NCBI GenBank assembly: GCA_046542915.1
Contig: JBKHAI010000001.1
Location: 1 to 34,670 of the forward strand
From: Minisyncoccota bacterium
GTDB taxonomy: Bacteria; Patescibacteriota; Minisyncoccia; Phycocordibacterales; CSBR16-193
DNA length: 34,670 nucleotides
Direction: 5' to 3'
The position numbers and the translations under genes are program-made. The notes under the pieces were generated by a model, which searched no databases, was not told the DNA's origin, and saw nothing but the letters and a program-made list of their open reading frames with translations. Below are positions 1 through 7,843 of this stretch, piece by piece. Position 1 is the stretch's first letter, and each line of letters starts with the position of its first letter.

Positions 1-1179
1 CCTAGCCAGCCACCGTATCAGTAGAGGAGCGATTAAGGTAGAGACGATCGTCAGAGCAACCAAAGCAGTGGCCAGATCCTCTGAAATAATGCCGGCCTCT
101 ACTCCAGTAAAAGCTACTGCTAAGGTTATGGATAGTTGAGACATAGACGAAGCTCCTACCAAAGCGGCTTCTTTGTTGGACATATTGTTGATCTTGGAAC
201 CCAAAAAACCGCTTAGGAATTTTGATATCATTGAAGTCAAAATAACAGCAACCGTTAGCATCAAAACATTCTCCATCTTAGCAAAAACCCCTAGATCAGT
301 CTGAACACCGATTATTATAAAAAAGATCGGAATAAAGATACCATAACCGATAGTTCTGAATCTTTCTTTTATTTTTTTACTGGTTATCGTATCGGAAAGG
401 ATCAATCCGGCAAAAAACCCACCGGCGATAGGGTGGATCCCTAAAAGCCCAAAGACCACTACGGTTCCCAGAAGAGCCACTAAGACCACTCTAAGGTCGT
501 TAGATGATCCGGATCCGTATTCATTCTCTTTCGGCTCATCTATCTCCGAAGGGGTCTGCTCTTTTAAAGAGACCAGCCACTTTATTTTCGGAATGATAAA
601 TCTTAAGACCACCAAAGATAAAAAGAAAAGCGGTAAAAAAGCCCAAAGAGGCAGATCACTGAAACCTGCTTCCGGAATAACGATATGGAGAAAGACCGCC
701 AATAAAAATAAAGAAAAGATATCTTCAAAAACCACCACCGAAGTTATTACTCTACCGGGCCGAGTGGACAAAAGTCCGTTGGACTGTAAACTCGGCAGGA
801 CCACGCCAACCGAGGAAGAGATGAATATAATACCCAAAAGAATGGCGGCCGAGATCCCCATTTCAAAGAAAAGCGCTAAGATAAAACCGGCCAAAAAAGG
901 TATGACGGTATTAAAAGTAGCTATTGTAAAAAGACTACCGGAAGAGGAGCGAAGGTCCGAGATCTTGGTCTCAAGTCCCGCCATGAACATTAAAAAGACT
1001 ATTCCGATCTGACCGAGAAAATAGATGGTCTCGTCGATCTCCAGTAGATCAAACCCGAAAGGACCGATTATTATGCCACCCAGTATAAGAGCGACCACCC
1101 AAGGTATATGCAAACTTTGAAAGACAGCTGAAAAGAAAGTCGCTACTAACAGTATTAAGAAAAAAGGCAAAAATTCCAT
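1..1179 (-). CDS. Cation:proton antiporter (CPA2 / Kef-NapA type Na+/H+ exchanger family); C-terminus runs off the left edge
   Basis: Absent from the ORF track because there is no in-window stop. My own minus-strand translation from the ATG at 1179..1177 gives MEFLPFFLILLVATFFSAVFQSLHIPWVVALILGGIIIGPFGFDLLEIDETIYFLGQIGIVFLMFMAGLETK... It stays open for 393 codons to position 1 and is strongly hydrophobic with many helices. The N-terminal GxxxGPxxxG ... FLMFxAGLE pattern is typical of Na+/H+ exchanger family proteins. Confidence 0.8.
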   Translation of the reverse strand, partial: MEFLPFFLILLVATFFSAVFQSLHIPWVVALILGGIIIGPFGFDLLEIDETIYFLGQIGIVFLMFMAGLETKISDLRSSSGSLFTIATFNTVIPFLAGFILALFFEMGISAAILLGIIFISSSVGVVLPSLQSNGLLSTRPGRVITSVVVFEDIFSLFLLAVFLHIVIPEAGFSDLPLWAFLPLFFLSLVVLRFIIPKIKWLVSLKEQTPSEIDEPKENEYGSGSSNDLRVVLVALLGTVVVFGLLGIHPIAGGFFAGLILSDTITSKKIKERFRTIGYGIFIPIFFIIIGVQTDLGVFAKMENVLMLTVAVILTSMISKFLSGFLGSKINNMSNKEAALVGASSMSQLSITLAVAFTGVEAGIISEDLATALVALTIVSTLIAPLLIRWLAR

Positions 1180-1248
1180 GATCAAAAATGAGCTAATAAT
1201 AGTTTAACAAGACTCCCTCTTTAAAACAAAGGATGTTATCATTTTGTT

Positions 1249-3045
1249 ATGCTTAACTGGAATATCTTAGCAAACACCAACACCGATCAACTGCTCATAT
1301 TCACGGTCGTCGCCTTAACAATGATCCTTTTAATGAGCCGAACCTTGAGATATGATCTGGTCGCTGTATTTTCTCTTTTATTGATCATATTATCCGGAGT
1401 TCTGTCTCCGGAAGAAGCTTTTGCGGGTTTGATCCATCCGGTGGTTCTACTGGTCGCCTCAATGTTCATCTTAACCCAAGGACTAACCAACTCCGGCTTA
1501 ATAGACCTGATCACCCGAAAAGTAAGGGTCCTGGACAAATACCCGGTATTACAAATAGGGACCTTGACCGCCTTAGTGGCCATCGCCTCGGCTTTTATAA
1601 ACAACATCGGAGCCTTGGCACCGATGATACCCATAGCTATCCATTTAGCCCGAAAGAACGATCTCTCGCCTTCGCTTTTTTTACTACCCTTGGCCTTTGG
1701 TTCACAATTGGGAGGTTATCTAACCCTTATAGGAACACCCCGGAACATAATTGTTTCCTCCTTTAGAGAGAAGGCGGGATTGGAGGCCTTTTCCATGTTT
1801 GATTTCGCTTTAGTGGGAAGCGGTCTGACAATAGCCGGAGTGCTCTTTCTGTCTTTTCTGGGATGGAGGCTCCTTCCCAAAAGAAAAAGCTCGTTCTCTG
1901 CTGGCAAATTTTCGGTAGAAAAATATATAACCGAAGTAAGTGTTCCCGAAAATTCCAAACTTAGCGGTGAATACCTCAGTTCTATAAGAAAACTCAGCAA
2001 CAAAGAAGTCTCCCTAGCGTCACTGATAAGGGATGACGTCGTCATAAATCATACTTCCGGGTACGAGGTCATAAAACCCGGTGATCGCCTCTTATTAAAG
2101 GCGGATCCAGACTCATTAAAGGACTTTACAGAAGAATATCGCCTTGACCTCGTGGGAGAAAAAGCCATTGAATCGCAGACACCGGAAGAAGAAAGGATGA
2201 CCACAGAGGCGGTGGTTACCCCTTCGTCCTCTATCGTTGACAAAAACTGGGAAGAAACTCCCCTTTCTCAAAGATACGGAGTAAACCTACTTGCGATATC
2301 AAGGACCAATTCCAAAATACAAACCTCCCTTGCCAATACTCATCTACGACCGGGAGACGTTATCCTTCTCCACGGTAAAAAAGACAGCATTAGAAAAACG
2401 ATCTCGGAACTAGAATGTTACCCTTTAGCCGAACGTGAACTGACCTTCGGACAAAAAACAGCCATTCCTCTGGCTTTGATAATATTTGTCTTAGCGATAT
2501 TGACCGCCACCTTAACAACGGCACCGGTAGAGATAGTTTTTTTGACCGCCGCTTTTATAATGATAGTCACCAATCTGGTTCCGTTAAAGCAAGCATACGG
2601 CAGTATTGAGTGGCCGATACTTCTATTGATCGGTTCTATGATAACCGTTGGAGTCGCTTTACAAGAAAGCGGCGGAGCCGATATAATAGCCGACTTTATA
2701 CTCTCACTCAGTGGTCTGCTTAACCCTGCCACTATGGTCATTATGACCCTTCTGATCACCATAATAATAGCTAATATAGTCAACGCCACCGTCTCAGCGG
2801 TCATAATGGCCCCTATCGCGCTTTTCTTAGCATCAGGATTAGGTGTTTCCGTCGATCCTTTCCTGATGGCGGTCGCTATCGGTTCAACCTCGGTCTTTCT
2901 GACCGCTTACGGGCACGAATCAAATTCTCTGGTCATGGAAGCCGGCGGATATACATTTAAAGATTACTTACGGGTCGGTCTGCCGCTGGAGATATTGATA
3001 ATAATTCTTTCGGCTCCTTTGATATTATATTTCTGGCCTCTTTAA
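1249..3045 (+). CDS. SLC13/DASS-type anion permease with two internal TrkA-C (RCK_C) domains
   Basis: 598-aa ORF. Two polytopic membrane blocks (about aa 1-215 and 405-598) flank a ~190-aa soluble insert. The insert holds two RCK_C-like repeats (…VSVPENSKLSGEYL…VIKPGDRLLLKADPDSL… and …VVTPSSSIVDKNW…LRPGDVILLHGKKDSI…). Confidence 0.75.
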   Translation: MLNWNILANTNTDQLLIFTVVALTMILLMSRTLRYDLVAVFSLLLIILSGVLSPEEAFAGLIHPVVLLVASMFILTQGLTNSGLIDLITRKVRVLDKYPVLQIGTLTALVAIASAFINNIGALAPMIPIAIHLARKNDLSPSLFLLPLAFGSQLGGYLTLIGTPRNIIVSSFREKAGLEAFSMFDFALVGSGLTIAGVLFLSFLGWRLLPKRKSSFSAGKFSVEKYITEVSVPENSKLSGEYLSSIRKLSNKEVSLASLIRDDVVINHTSGYEVIKPGDRLLLKADPDSLKDFTEEYRLDLVGEKAIESQTPEEERMTTEAVVTPSSSIVDKNWEETPLSQRYGVNLLAISRTNSKIQTSLANTHLRPGDVILLHGKKDSIRKTISELECYPLAERELTFGQKTAIPLALIIFVLAILTATLTTAPVEIVFLTAAFIMIVTNLVPLKQAYGSIEWPILLLIGSMITVGVALQESGGADIIADFILSLSGLLNPATMVIMTLLITIIIANIVNATVSAVIMAPIALFLASGLGVSVDPFLMAVAIGSTSVFLTAYGHESNSLVMEAGGYTFKDYLRVGLPLEILIIILSAPLILYFWPL

Positions 3046-3170
3046 AAGTTTTGGGGTTATATAGTTTGGCTCCAACAGGGAACAAAACACTGAAAAAACA
3101 CCCTCTGCAATTAACAAAAAGTTGATCAAAAAGGTTCTTATGAGAAAAACATAAAAGATATGAAGGGGTT

Positions 3171-3491
3171 CTAGTTATTATCTAACCCTCTCTTTATCTC
3201 CTCAATGTGTTCTTTCATCTCTTTTTTGAAATCGGAGACCACTTCCTCCAAGATCTCGTCATAATTGGGAAGTTTTTCCCTTAAAAAGTTCTCTGTTCTC
3301 TCGGCGTCCTCTTGTTCCCTCACCTTTTCAAACTCATCACGCTCTTCTTCGGAGAGCTCTTCCAAGACACGAAGAGTTATCTTCTTTAACAGAGTCTCGG
3401 TCATCGCCTGAAGAATTCGTGACTGTGCTTCTTCCGGCAGGTTTTTAAGATCAAACTCTTCTAAGAGATCGTTTTTTTGTTGTTCTTCCAT
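3171..3491 (-). CDS. Small acidic helical protein, copy A (partner of the giant membrane protein)
   Basis: 106-aa ORF, rich in E/D/K, with no Trp or Cys and no hydrophobic segment. It lies 33 bp downstream of the 805-aa gene. The first 97 codons are identical to the ORF at 7502..7822 apart from one synonymous SNP. It may belong to a Patescibacteria DUF family, which I cannot verify. Confidence 0.7.
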   Translation of the reverse strand: MEEQQKNDLLEEFDLKNLPEEAQSRILQAMTETLLKKITLRVLEELSEEERDEFEKVREQEDAERTENFLREKLPNYDEILEEVVSDFKKEMKEHIEEIKRGLDNN

Positions 3492-3504
3492 AGTAAATAA
3501 ATTA
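3199..3504. repeat. Direct repeat R1, copy A (306 bp, 1 mismatch versus 7530..7835)
   Basis: Base-by-base comparison at offset 4331. The only difference is g at 3471 versus a at 7802. Identity breaks at 3505/7836 and at about 3198/7529. The block covers 5' codons 1-97 of the small gene plus 13 bp upstream. Confidence 0.9.
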
Positions 3505-3524
3505 ATTAATTATAGATCAAAATT

Positions 3525-5942
3525 TTATTTGGCAAGTTCGTTGAGTTTTTCTTCTTCAAAAATATTTCCGTGATCTTCTTTCAATAAAGCGATTTTTTCC
3601 TGCAATCTGTTCTTTACCCAATCGTATTCTTTACTACCCAGCTTATCTTTGTCTTCCATTTCCCTCAATACTTGCTCGTGAACCTTTATGTCCCCCAGAG
3701 AGCTTTGAATTTCACCCTCTTTTTCCAGATAACGAGCAGGATCTTCATTGACAGCTTCCAGATCAATAAATTTATTCGGATCAAAGTGCTTTAAGTTGCC
3801 TTTATAATGCATATCGCTCACGTTGCCTTCGGTATCATATTCAAAACCGAATTCTTCAAACTCAAAACCGCTTCCTTCTTTTCGGACAAACTCTTCATCA
3901 ACGGGGTCTTTCTCAACACCGCTTTGCTCTGATGGGTCCGGTTCAGAAGTTTCCCCCGACTCAGGAATATCTTGGTGTTTTAAAGGATCGGTTTCTTCTT
4001 CAGCTTCTTCTATTGGAGAGAACTTAGTTTCCGCAGAACTTTCTTTTACCATCTGTTCCTCGGCAATTCCTTTTTCATATAAAATGTTATCAACTTTTTC
4101 CGATGTTAGTCTTTCTCCGGGGTTCTCTTTGACCCACTCCTCTATTATTTCATTGTTTCTAACGATACTCTCCATAGCTTCTTGACTGAGATCGTTGGAA
4201 GATTCAAGCATACTTCCGATCAGTCCGTCTTTTGCCAAAGGTGAAAAATCTATTTTCTGTCCGGCTTGTACCATATCAATGCTATCAACTCCTTCCATTC
4301 CGAAATTAGACGGGTCTTCTGCGATCTTGTCCTTTATTTGATCTATTAAATGGGTCTTTTGAGCTTCGTTAAGATCCTCAAACTTATCCCCGAGATTATC
4401 TTTCAGGAAAGATTCGGTGGTACTCCAAACCGACTCGCCGGGTTTGATCTCAACACCAAATTCGATCCCGGAACTGCCGGCCGTCGCCATCTCCGGGTTC
4501 TTTATCCATTCCGGTTGCTCATCAAACTCTTGGACATCAAAACGATGTTCTTCAAACTGAGACTCATTAACGACTCCCTCACCAGAAACTCCGGCTTGAG
4601 AAGTATCTTGTGGCCGGGGAATATCCTGGTGATTTATAGGTTCATCTTCTTCAGTCTCTTCTATTGGAGAAAACTCCGTAGATTCCGGTTCGGATCCCGC
4701 TGTGGCCAAAACATTGCCTTCATAAGCGTCTGAAGAACCAGGGATGGAGTCATTTTTGTTCTCAGGATGAGACTCCGTAGGAACTTCACCGGGGTCAAAC
4801 AGACTGGATATTCCATCTATCGCTTTACTGACGGCCCCGGACCCCACCAAAACTCCGGCGGTACCGGCCAAGATATAACGCCTATATCTTTCACCTTTCT
4901 TTCGGCCTTCCAGTTCAAAGAGTTTGTTATCAAGTTCGGCGTTTCCGGAATTAAGTTTTTCTTCAAGACCTTTAGCAAAAAGTTCTGACACTTCTTTTTC
5001 CGTCTTTTTTTCCTGACTTTTCTTTATCAATCCTTCCAGACCGACCGCGGTAGCGGCACCACTTAACACTCTCTGAGCTCGGGACCCGGCTATGGCACCG
5101 GTTGCCAAAGCGGCACCGGCAGCACCGCCTAAGGCGCCGGCTCCGGCCCCCAGTCCTAAAAGACCGGCGGAAATACCCAGTTTATACCTTAACGGCAGAC
5201 CCCGATACCAGTTGGCTACTTTTTTACCGGTCTCTTTAGCTTTTTCTTTTAAAGAATCCGGTTTTTCGTTTAAAGCAGCTTCCAGTTTGGCTTCGTGGAG
5301 GTTGTTGGCTTCCAGGGTCAGGGTTTCTGTCATTATCCTTTCTATTTCCTTATCTCTATCCTCCTTTGAAAGTGACGGGTCTAGAGACTCTATTCGCTCT
5401 TTTCTTCTGTTTTTCAGAGCTTCAATATATTCTTGCTTTTTTTGAACATATTCTTGACTAGGACTTTCTTTGTTAACCTGATCAAGGTCCATTTTTGCGA
5501 ATTCTTTTCTTTTTTCTTTAAGTATCTCTTCCGAACTTCTCTCCTCTTCCTGAGATTCGCCCGGGGTTTCCTGAACTACCTCTTCTGACCCTTTTTCTTT
5601 TTCAGTCTTCTCATCACTCTCTTTGCCTTCAGTCTTCTTTTTTTTCTTCCTCATTTCTTTGTAATTATAAACGGCGTCTTCAAGTTCATTCAGTCTTTTC
5701 TGTTTTTCTTCAGGCAAAAATTTTCCTTTTCCTTGGGCAAACCATTCTTTTTTCAAGTTATCGAGCTCTTCTTGGTCCTTCTTATTCTTTTCTCTTTTTT
5801 CCACATCCTCTTCCATTTCCTTTCTAACCTCTTCCATATACTCTTGTGTGTCATCGTCTCTACCACGATAAGCGGTTTCGGCGTGGATCTGAGGGTCTTG
5901 TTTTTCCTCGTTGGGATTATTTACGGGTGGTTTTTCACTCAT
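3525..5942 (-). CDS. Giant acidic membrane-anchored protein, paralog A (charged N-terminus, glycine-zipper TM core, LysM-like module, C-terminal F-rich module)
   Basis: 805-aa ORF. The N-terminal ~200 aa are K/E-rich. The core WYRGLPLRYKLGISAGLLGLGAGAGALGGAAGAALATGAIAG…YILAGTAGVLVGSGAVS is hydrophobic and Gly/Ala-rich. A very acidic C-terminal half follows. 167 aa are identical to the 1040-aa paralog. Confidence 0.75.
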   Translation of the reverse strand: MSEKPPVNNPNEEKQDPQIHAETAYRGRDDDTQEYMEEVRKEMEEDVEKREKNKKDQEELDNLKKEWFAQGKGKFLPEEKQKRLNELEDAVYNYKEMRKKKKKTEGKESDEKTEKEKGSEEVVQETPGESQEEERSSEEILKEKRKEFAKMDLDQVNKESPSQEYVQKKQEYIEALKNRRKERIESLDPSLSKEDRDKEIERIMTETLTLEANNLHEAKLEAALNEKPDSLKEKAKETGKKVANWYRGLPLRYKLGISAGLLGLGAGAGALGGAAGAALATGAIAGSRAQRVLSGAATAVGLEGLIKKSQEKKTEKEVSELFAKGLEEKLNSGNAELDNKLFELEGRKKGERYRRYILAGTAGVLVGSGAVSKAIDGISSLFDPGEVPTESHPENKNDSIPGSSDAYEGNVLATAGSEPESTEFSPIEETEEDEPINHQDIPRPQDTSQAGVSGEGVVNESQFEEHRFDVQEFDEQPEWIKNPEMATAGSSGIEFGVEIKPGESVWSTTESFLKDNLGDKFEDLNEAQKTHLIDQIKDKIAEDPSNFGMEGVDSIDMVQAGQKIDFSPLAKDGLIGSMLESSNDLSQEAMESIVRNNEIIEEWVKENPGERLTSEKVDNILYEKGIAEEQMVKESSAETKFSPIEEAEEETDPLKHQDIPESGETSEPDPSEQSGVEKDPVDEEFVRKEGSGFEFEEFGFEYDTEGNVSDMHYKGNLKHFDPNKFIDLEAVNEDPARYLEKEGEIQSSLGDIKVHEQVLREMEDKDKLGSKEYDWVKNRLQEKIALLKEDHGNIFEEEKLNELAK
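4826..5328. repeat. Direct repeat R2, copy A (503 bp, apparently 100% identical to 10021..10523)
   Basis: Aligned by eye at offset 5195 with no mismatch seen. Flanks diverge immediately (4825 t versus 10020 c; 5329 g versus 10524 t). The block encodes the identical 167-aa TM core. Confidence 0.9.
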
Positions 5943-6016
5943 ATTAAAAGCAGTTTAATACATTGGTAATTTAAATACACTATATCAAAAAAAATAAAAA
6001 AAATACTAGAGATCGA

Positions 6017-6583
6017 TCACTTTTGGTAAATTTGTTTGAGTTCTTTTTTGCTATCTTCATAACGAGGTATTGCTTCAGCGACCAGAGACCAAAAATCTTT
6101 TGAATGGTTCAGATGCTTTAAGTGGCAAAGCTCGTGAACTATAAGATAATCCTGAAGTTCTTCTTTCAAAAAAACTATCTTGTAATTGAAATTCAAGTTC
6201 TTTTTGGAAGAGCAACTCCCCCAACGACTCTTTTGGTTGCGTATTGATATTCTGTTGAAGTTGAAACCATAAAACTCATTCCAGTAGGAGACCTTCTTCT
6301 CTACCAGTTTTCTGGCTTTTTCTTTATGTTCAAGATAATGCTCCGGATTCCGAACTTCTATGTCGGGATCTGTATTCTTGGTCCTTTGCGAGAGTTTCTT
6401 TCTAACCCAATCCATCTTTTCATTTAAAAAAGAGATCGCTCTCTCTTCCGTCACATACATTGGCCGAGTTACTAGAACATCTCCGTTGGGCGATATGGTT
6501 ATCCGAAGGTATTTAGAGCGCCGATGCCGACGAAAGAAAACCTTTATATCACCCTTTTCATCTCTTAAAAACAGCTCCTTCAT
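6017..6583 (-). CDS. YgjP-like / DUF45 (M48-WLM type) metal-dependent hydrolase
   Basis: 188-aa ORF with the C-terminal signature LIVHELCHLKHLNHSKDFW (HExxH…H…FW) characteristic of the DUF45/YgjP family. It starts 4 bp after the upstream nuclease gene. Confidence 0.7.
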   Translation of the reverse strand: MKELFLRDEKGDIKVFFRRHRRSKYLRITISPNGDVLVTRPMYVTEERAISFLNEKMDWVRKKLSQRTKNTDPDIEVRNPEHYLEHKEKARKLVEKKVSYWNEFYGFNFNRISIRNQKSRWGSCSSKKNLNFNYKIVFLKEELQDYLIVHELCHLKHLNHSKDFWSLVAEAIPRYEDSKKELKQIYQK

Positions 6584-6587
6584 TGTC

Positions 6588-7439
6588 TTAATGGATCATA
6601 TAAAGGTCTTGTTTGTACTCTCCGACTCCAACATATTCGGCCTCTCCGTTCAGGATCTTTTCATAGGGTTTACAGGCAAAACATCCTCCGCGGGGACATT
6701 TAAATTCATTTTCTTCTCTGGCCTTTTTAACCTCTCGCGCCACTTTCAATACGTCCTCTTTACTCTTTTGCGGATCGGGGAGTTCAATCTCTCTGGGGGC
6801 ATCCTCTGAATCTACATACCAATAATATGCACCGCTTATCGGTCTTTTTTGAAGCGCTTTAAGTAGCAGAAAATAAATAGGGAGTTGTAAGGAACCCTCT
6901 TTTTCTTCGTTCTTGCCGGTCTTAAAATCAAGAACCCGGATGCTGTCATCCTCTTCCCTGTACTCCAACCAGTCTATCTTACCGCAAAGAATTATGTTCT
7001 CCTCTTCTGAGAGATAGAAGTTGGGCAACATTCCGCCGTCTTTTAATTTTACGGTTTTGTTGGAAAGCGGTCCGGGGTTTTTCATTACCCTTTCTATCAT
7101 CTCTTTCCCTCTTTCTTTCATTTCTTCTTCCTCCTTCTTGTCCGTAAACCCTCCTTTCTTGCCGGAGACCTTACCCCAGGCATCCTCATAATGCTCTAAG
7201 AGTGGTTGCTCCATTCGCTCCTCCGCTTTAAATCTTATCAGTCCTTCCAAAACTTCATGAACGGCTTGCCCTAGTGAAAGCGCCGGATTGACGATGTTCA
7301 TTTTTCGGCCGGTTTTGGGGTCTTTATAAACATTATGAAGATAATAAAGCCGAGGGCACTTCAAGAAATCCCCCATAGAAGAATGCGAGACCCAAACAGC
7401 CGAGTATTTGTCTTTGTTTTTTTCCATAAAGATCCACAA
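6588..7439 (-). CDS. PD-(D/E)XK nuclease, RecB/AddB/Cas4-like with putative Fe-S cysteines
   Basis: Motifs seen: GQAVHEVLE, GKIDWLEY, VLDFKTGK (D…D/ExK) and LQLPIYFLL (QxxxY). There is one N-terminal Cys (FLKCPRLYY) and a C-terminal CPRGGCFAC cluster. The track start is a TTG; the ATG at 7427..7425 (MEKNKDK…) is the more likely start. Confidence 0.7.
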   Translation of the reverse strand: MWIFMEKNKDKYSAVWVSHSSMGDFLKCPRLYYLHNVYKDPKTGRKMNIVNPALSLGQAVHEVLEGLIRFKAEERMEQPLLEHYEDAWGKVSGKKGGFTDKKEEEEMKERGKEMIERVMKNPGPLSNKTVKLKDGGMLPNFYLSEEENIILCGKIDWLEYREEDDSIRVLDFKTGKNEEKEGSLQLPIYFLLLKALQKRPISGAYYWYVDSEDAPREIELPDPQKSKEDVLKVAREVKKAREENEFKCPRGGCFACKPYEKILNGEAEYVGVGEYKQDLYMIH

Positions 7440-7501
7440 TTTTAAGCAAGGTCAAAAGAAATTCTGACTTAAGCTACTTTGATCTCATTTAACAACTTTG
7501 A

Positions 7502-7822
7502 TCAGTTTTCTTCAAGCCCTTTCTTGATATCCTCAATGTGTTCTTTCATCTCTTTTTTGAAATCGGAGACCACTTCCTCCAAGATCTCGTCATAATTGGG
7601 AAGTTTTTCCCTTAAAAAGTTCTCTGTTCTCTCGGCGTCCTCTTGTTCCCTCACCTTTTCAAACTCATCACGCTCTTCTTCGGAGAGCTCTTCCAAGACA
7701 CGAAGAGTTATCTTCTTTAACAGAGTCTCGGTCATCGCCTGAAGAATTCGTGACTGTGCTTCTTCCGGCAGGTTTTTAAGATCAAACTCTTCTAAGAGAT
7801 CATTTTTTTGTTGTTCTTCCAT
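7502..7822 (-). CDS. Small acidic helical protein, copy B
   Basis: 106-aa ORF. It is identical to copy A except for the last ~9 residues (…HIEDIKKGLEEN versus …HIEEIKRGLDNN). It lies 21 bp downstream of the 1040-aa gene. Confidence 0.7.
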   Translation of the reverse strand: MEEQQKNDLLEEFDLKNLPEEAQSRILQAMTETLLKKITLRVLEELSEEERDEFEKVREQEDAERTENFLREKLPNYDEILEEVVSDFKKEMKEHIEDIKKGLEEN

Positions 7823-7835
7823 AGTAAATAAATTA
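7530..7835. repeat. Direct repeat R1, copy B
   Basis: See 3199..3504. Confidence 0.9.
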
Positions 7836-7843
7836 GGTTATGA

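Noticed and set aside
593-1012. 139-aa plus-strand ORF in the track (K/R/S-rich)
   Set aside because: It lies antisense to a long, strongly membrane-protein-like minus-strand frame (the antiporter, 1..1179). The ORF finder missed that frame only because it has no stop in the window. The plus-strand ORF has shadow-frame composition and no recognisable motif.
3171-3491. WXG100/T7SS substrate identity for the 106-aa helical proteins
   Set aside because: The size and the neighbourhood of an FtsK-superfamily ATPase are suggestive. However, the proteins contain no tryptophan at all, so there is no W-x-G turn, and no EssB/EsaA/YukD-like genes are present. I keep it only as an analogy.
5092-5445. 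Plus-strand ORF MAPVAKAAPAAPPKAPAPAPSP…, repeated at 10287..10526
   Set aside because: It is the antisense reading of the Gly/Ala-rich membrane core. Both copies are identical only because they lie inside the 503-bp repeat. The many other S/F/L-rich plus-strand ORFs between 3823 and 13307 are likewise shadows of the long minus-strand genes.
5987-6003. A8-T-A8 homopolymer pair 45-60 bp upstream of giant gene A as a slipped-strand phase-variation switch
   Set aside because: I could not place the tracts convincingly within a -35/-10 spacer, since the best hexamers have wrong spacing. AT homopolymers are common in this AT-rich intergenic DNA, and there is no population data. It is worth a look in read pileups, but the sequence alone does not support it.
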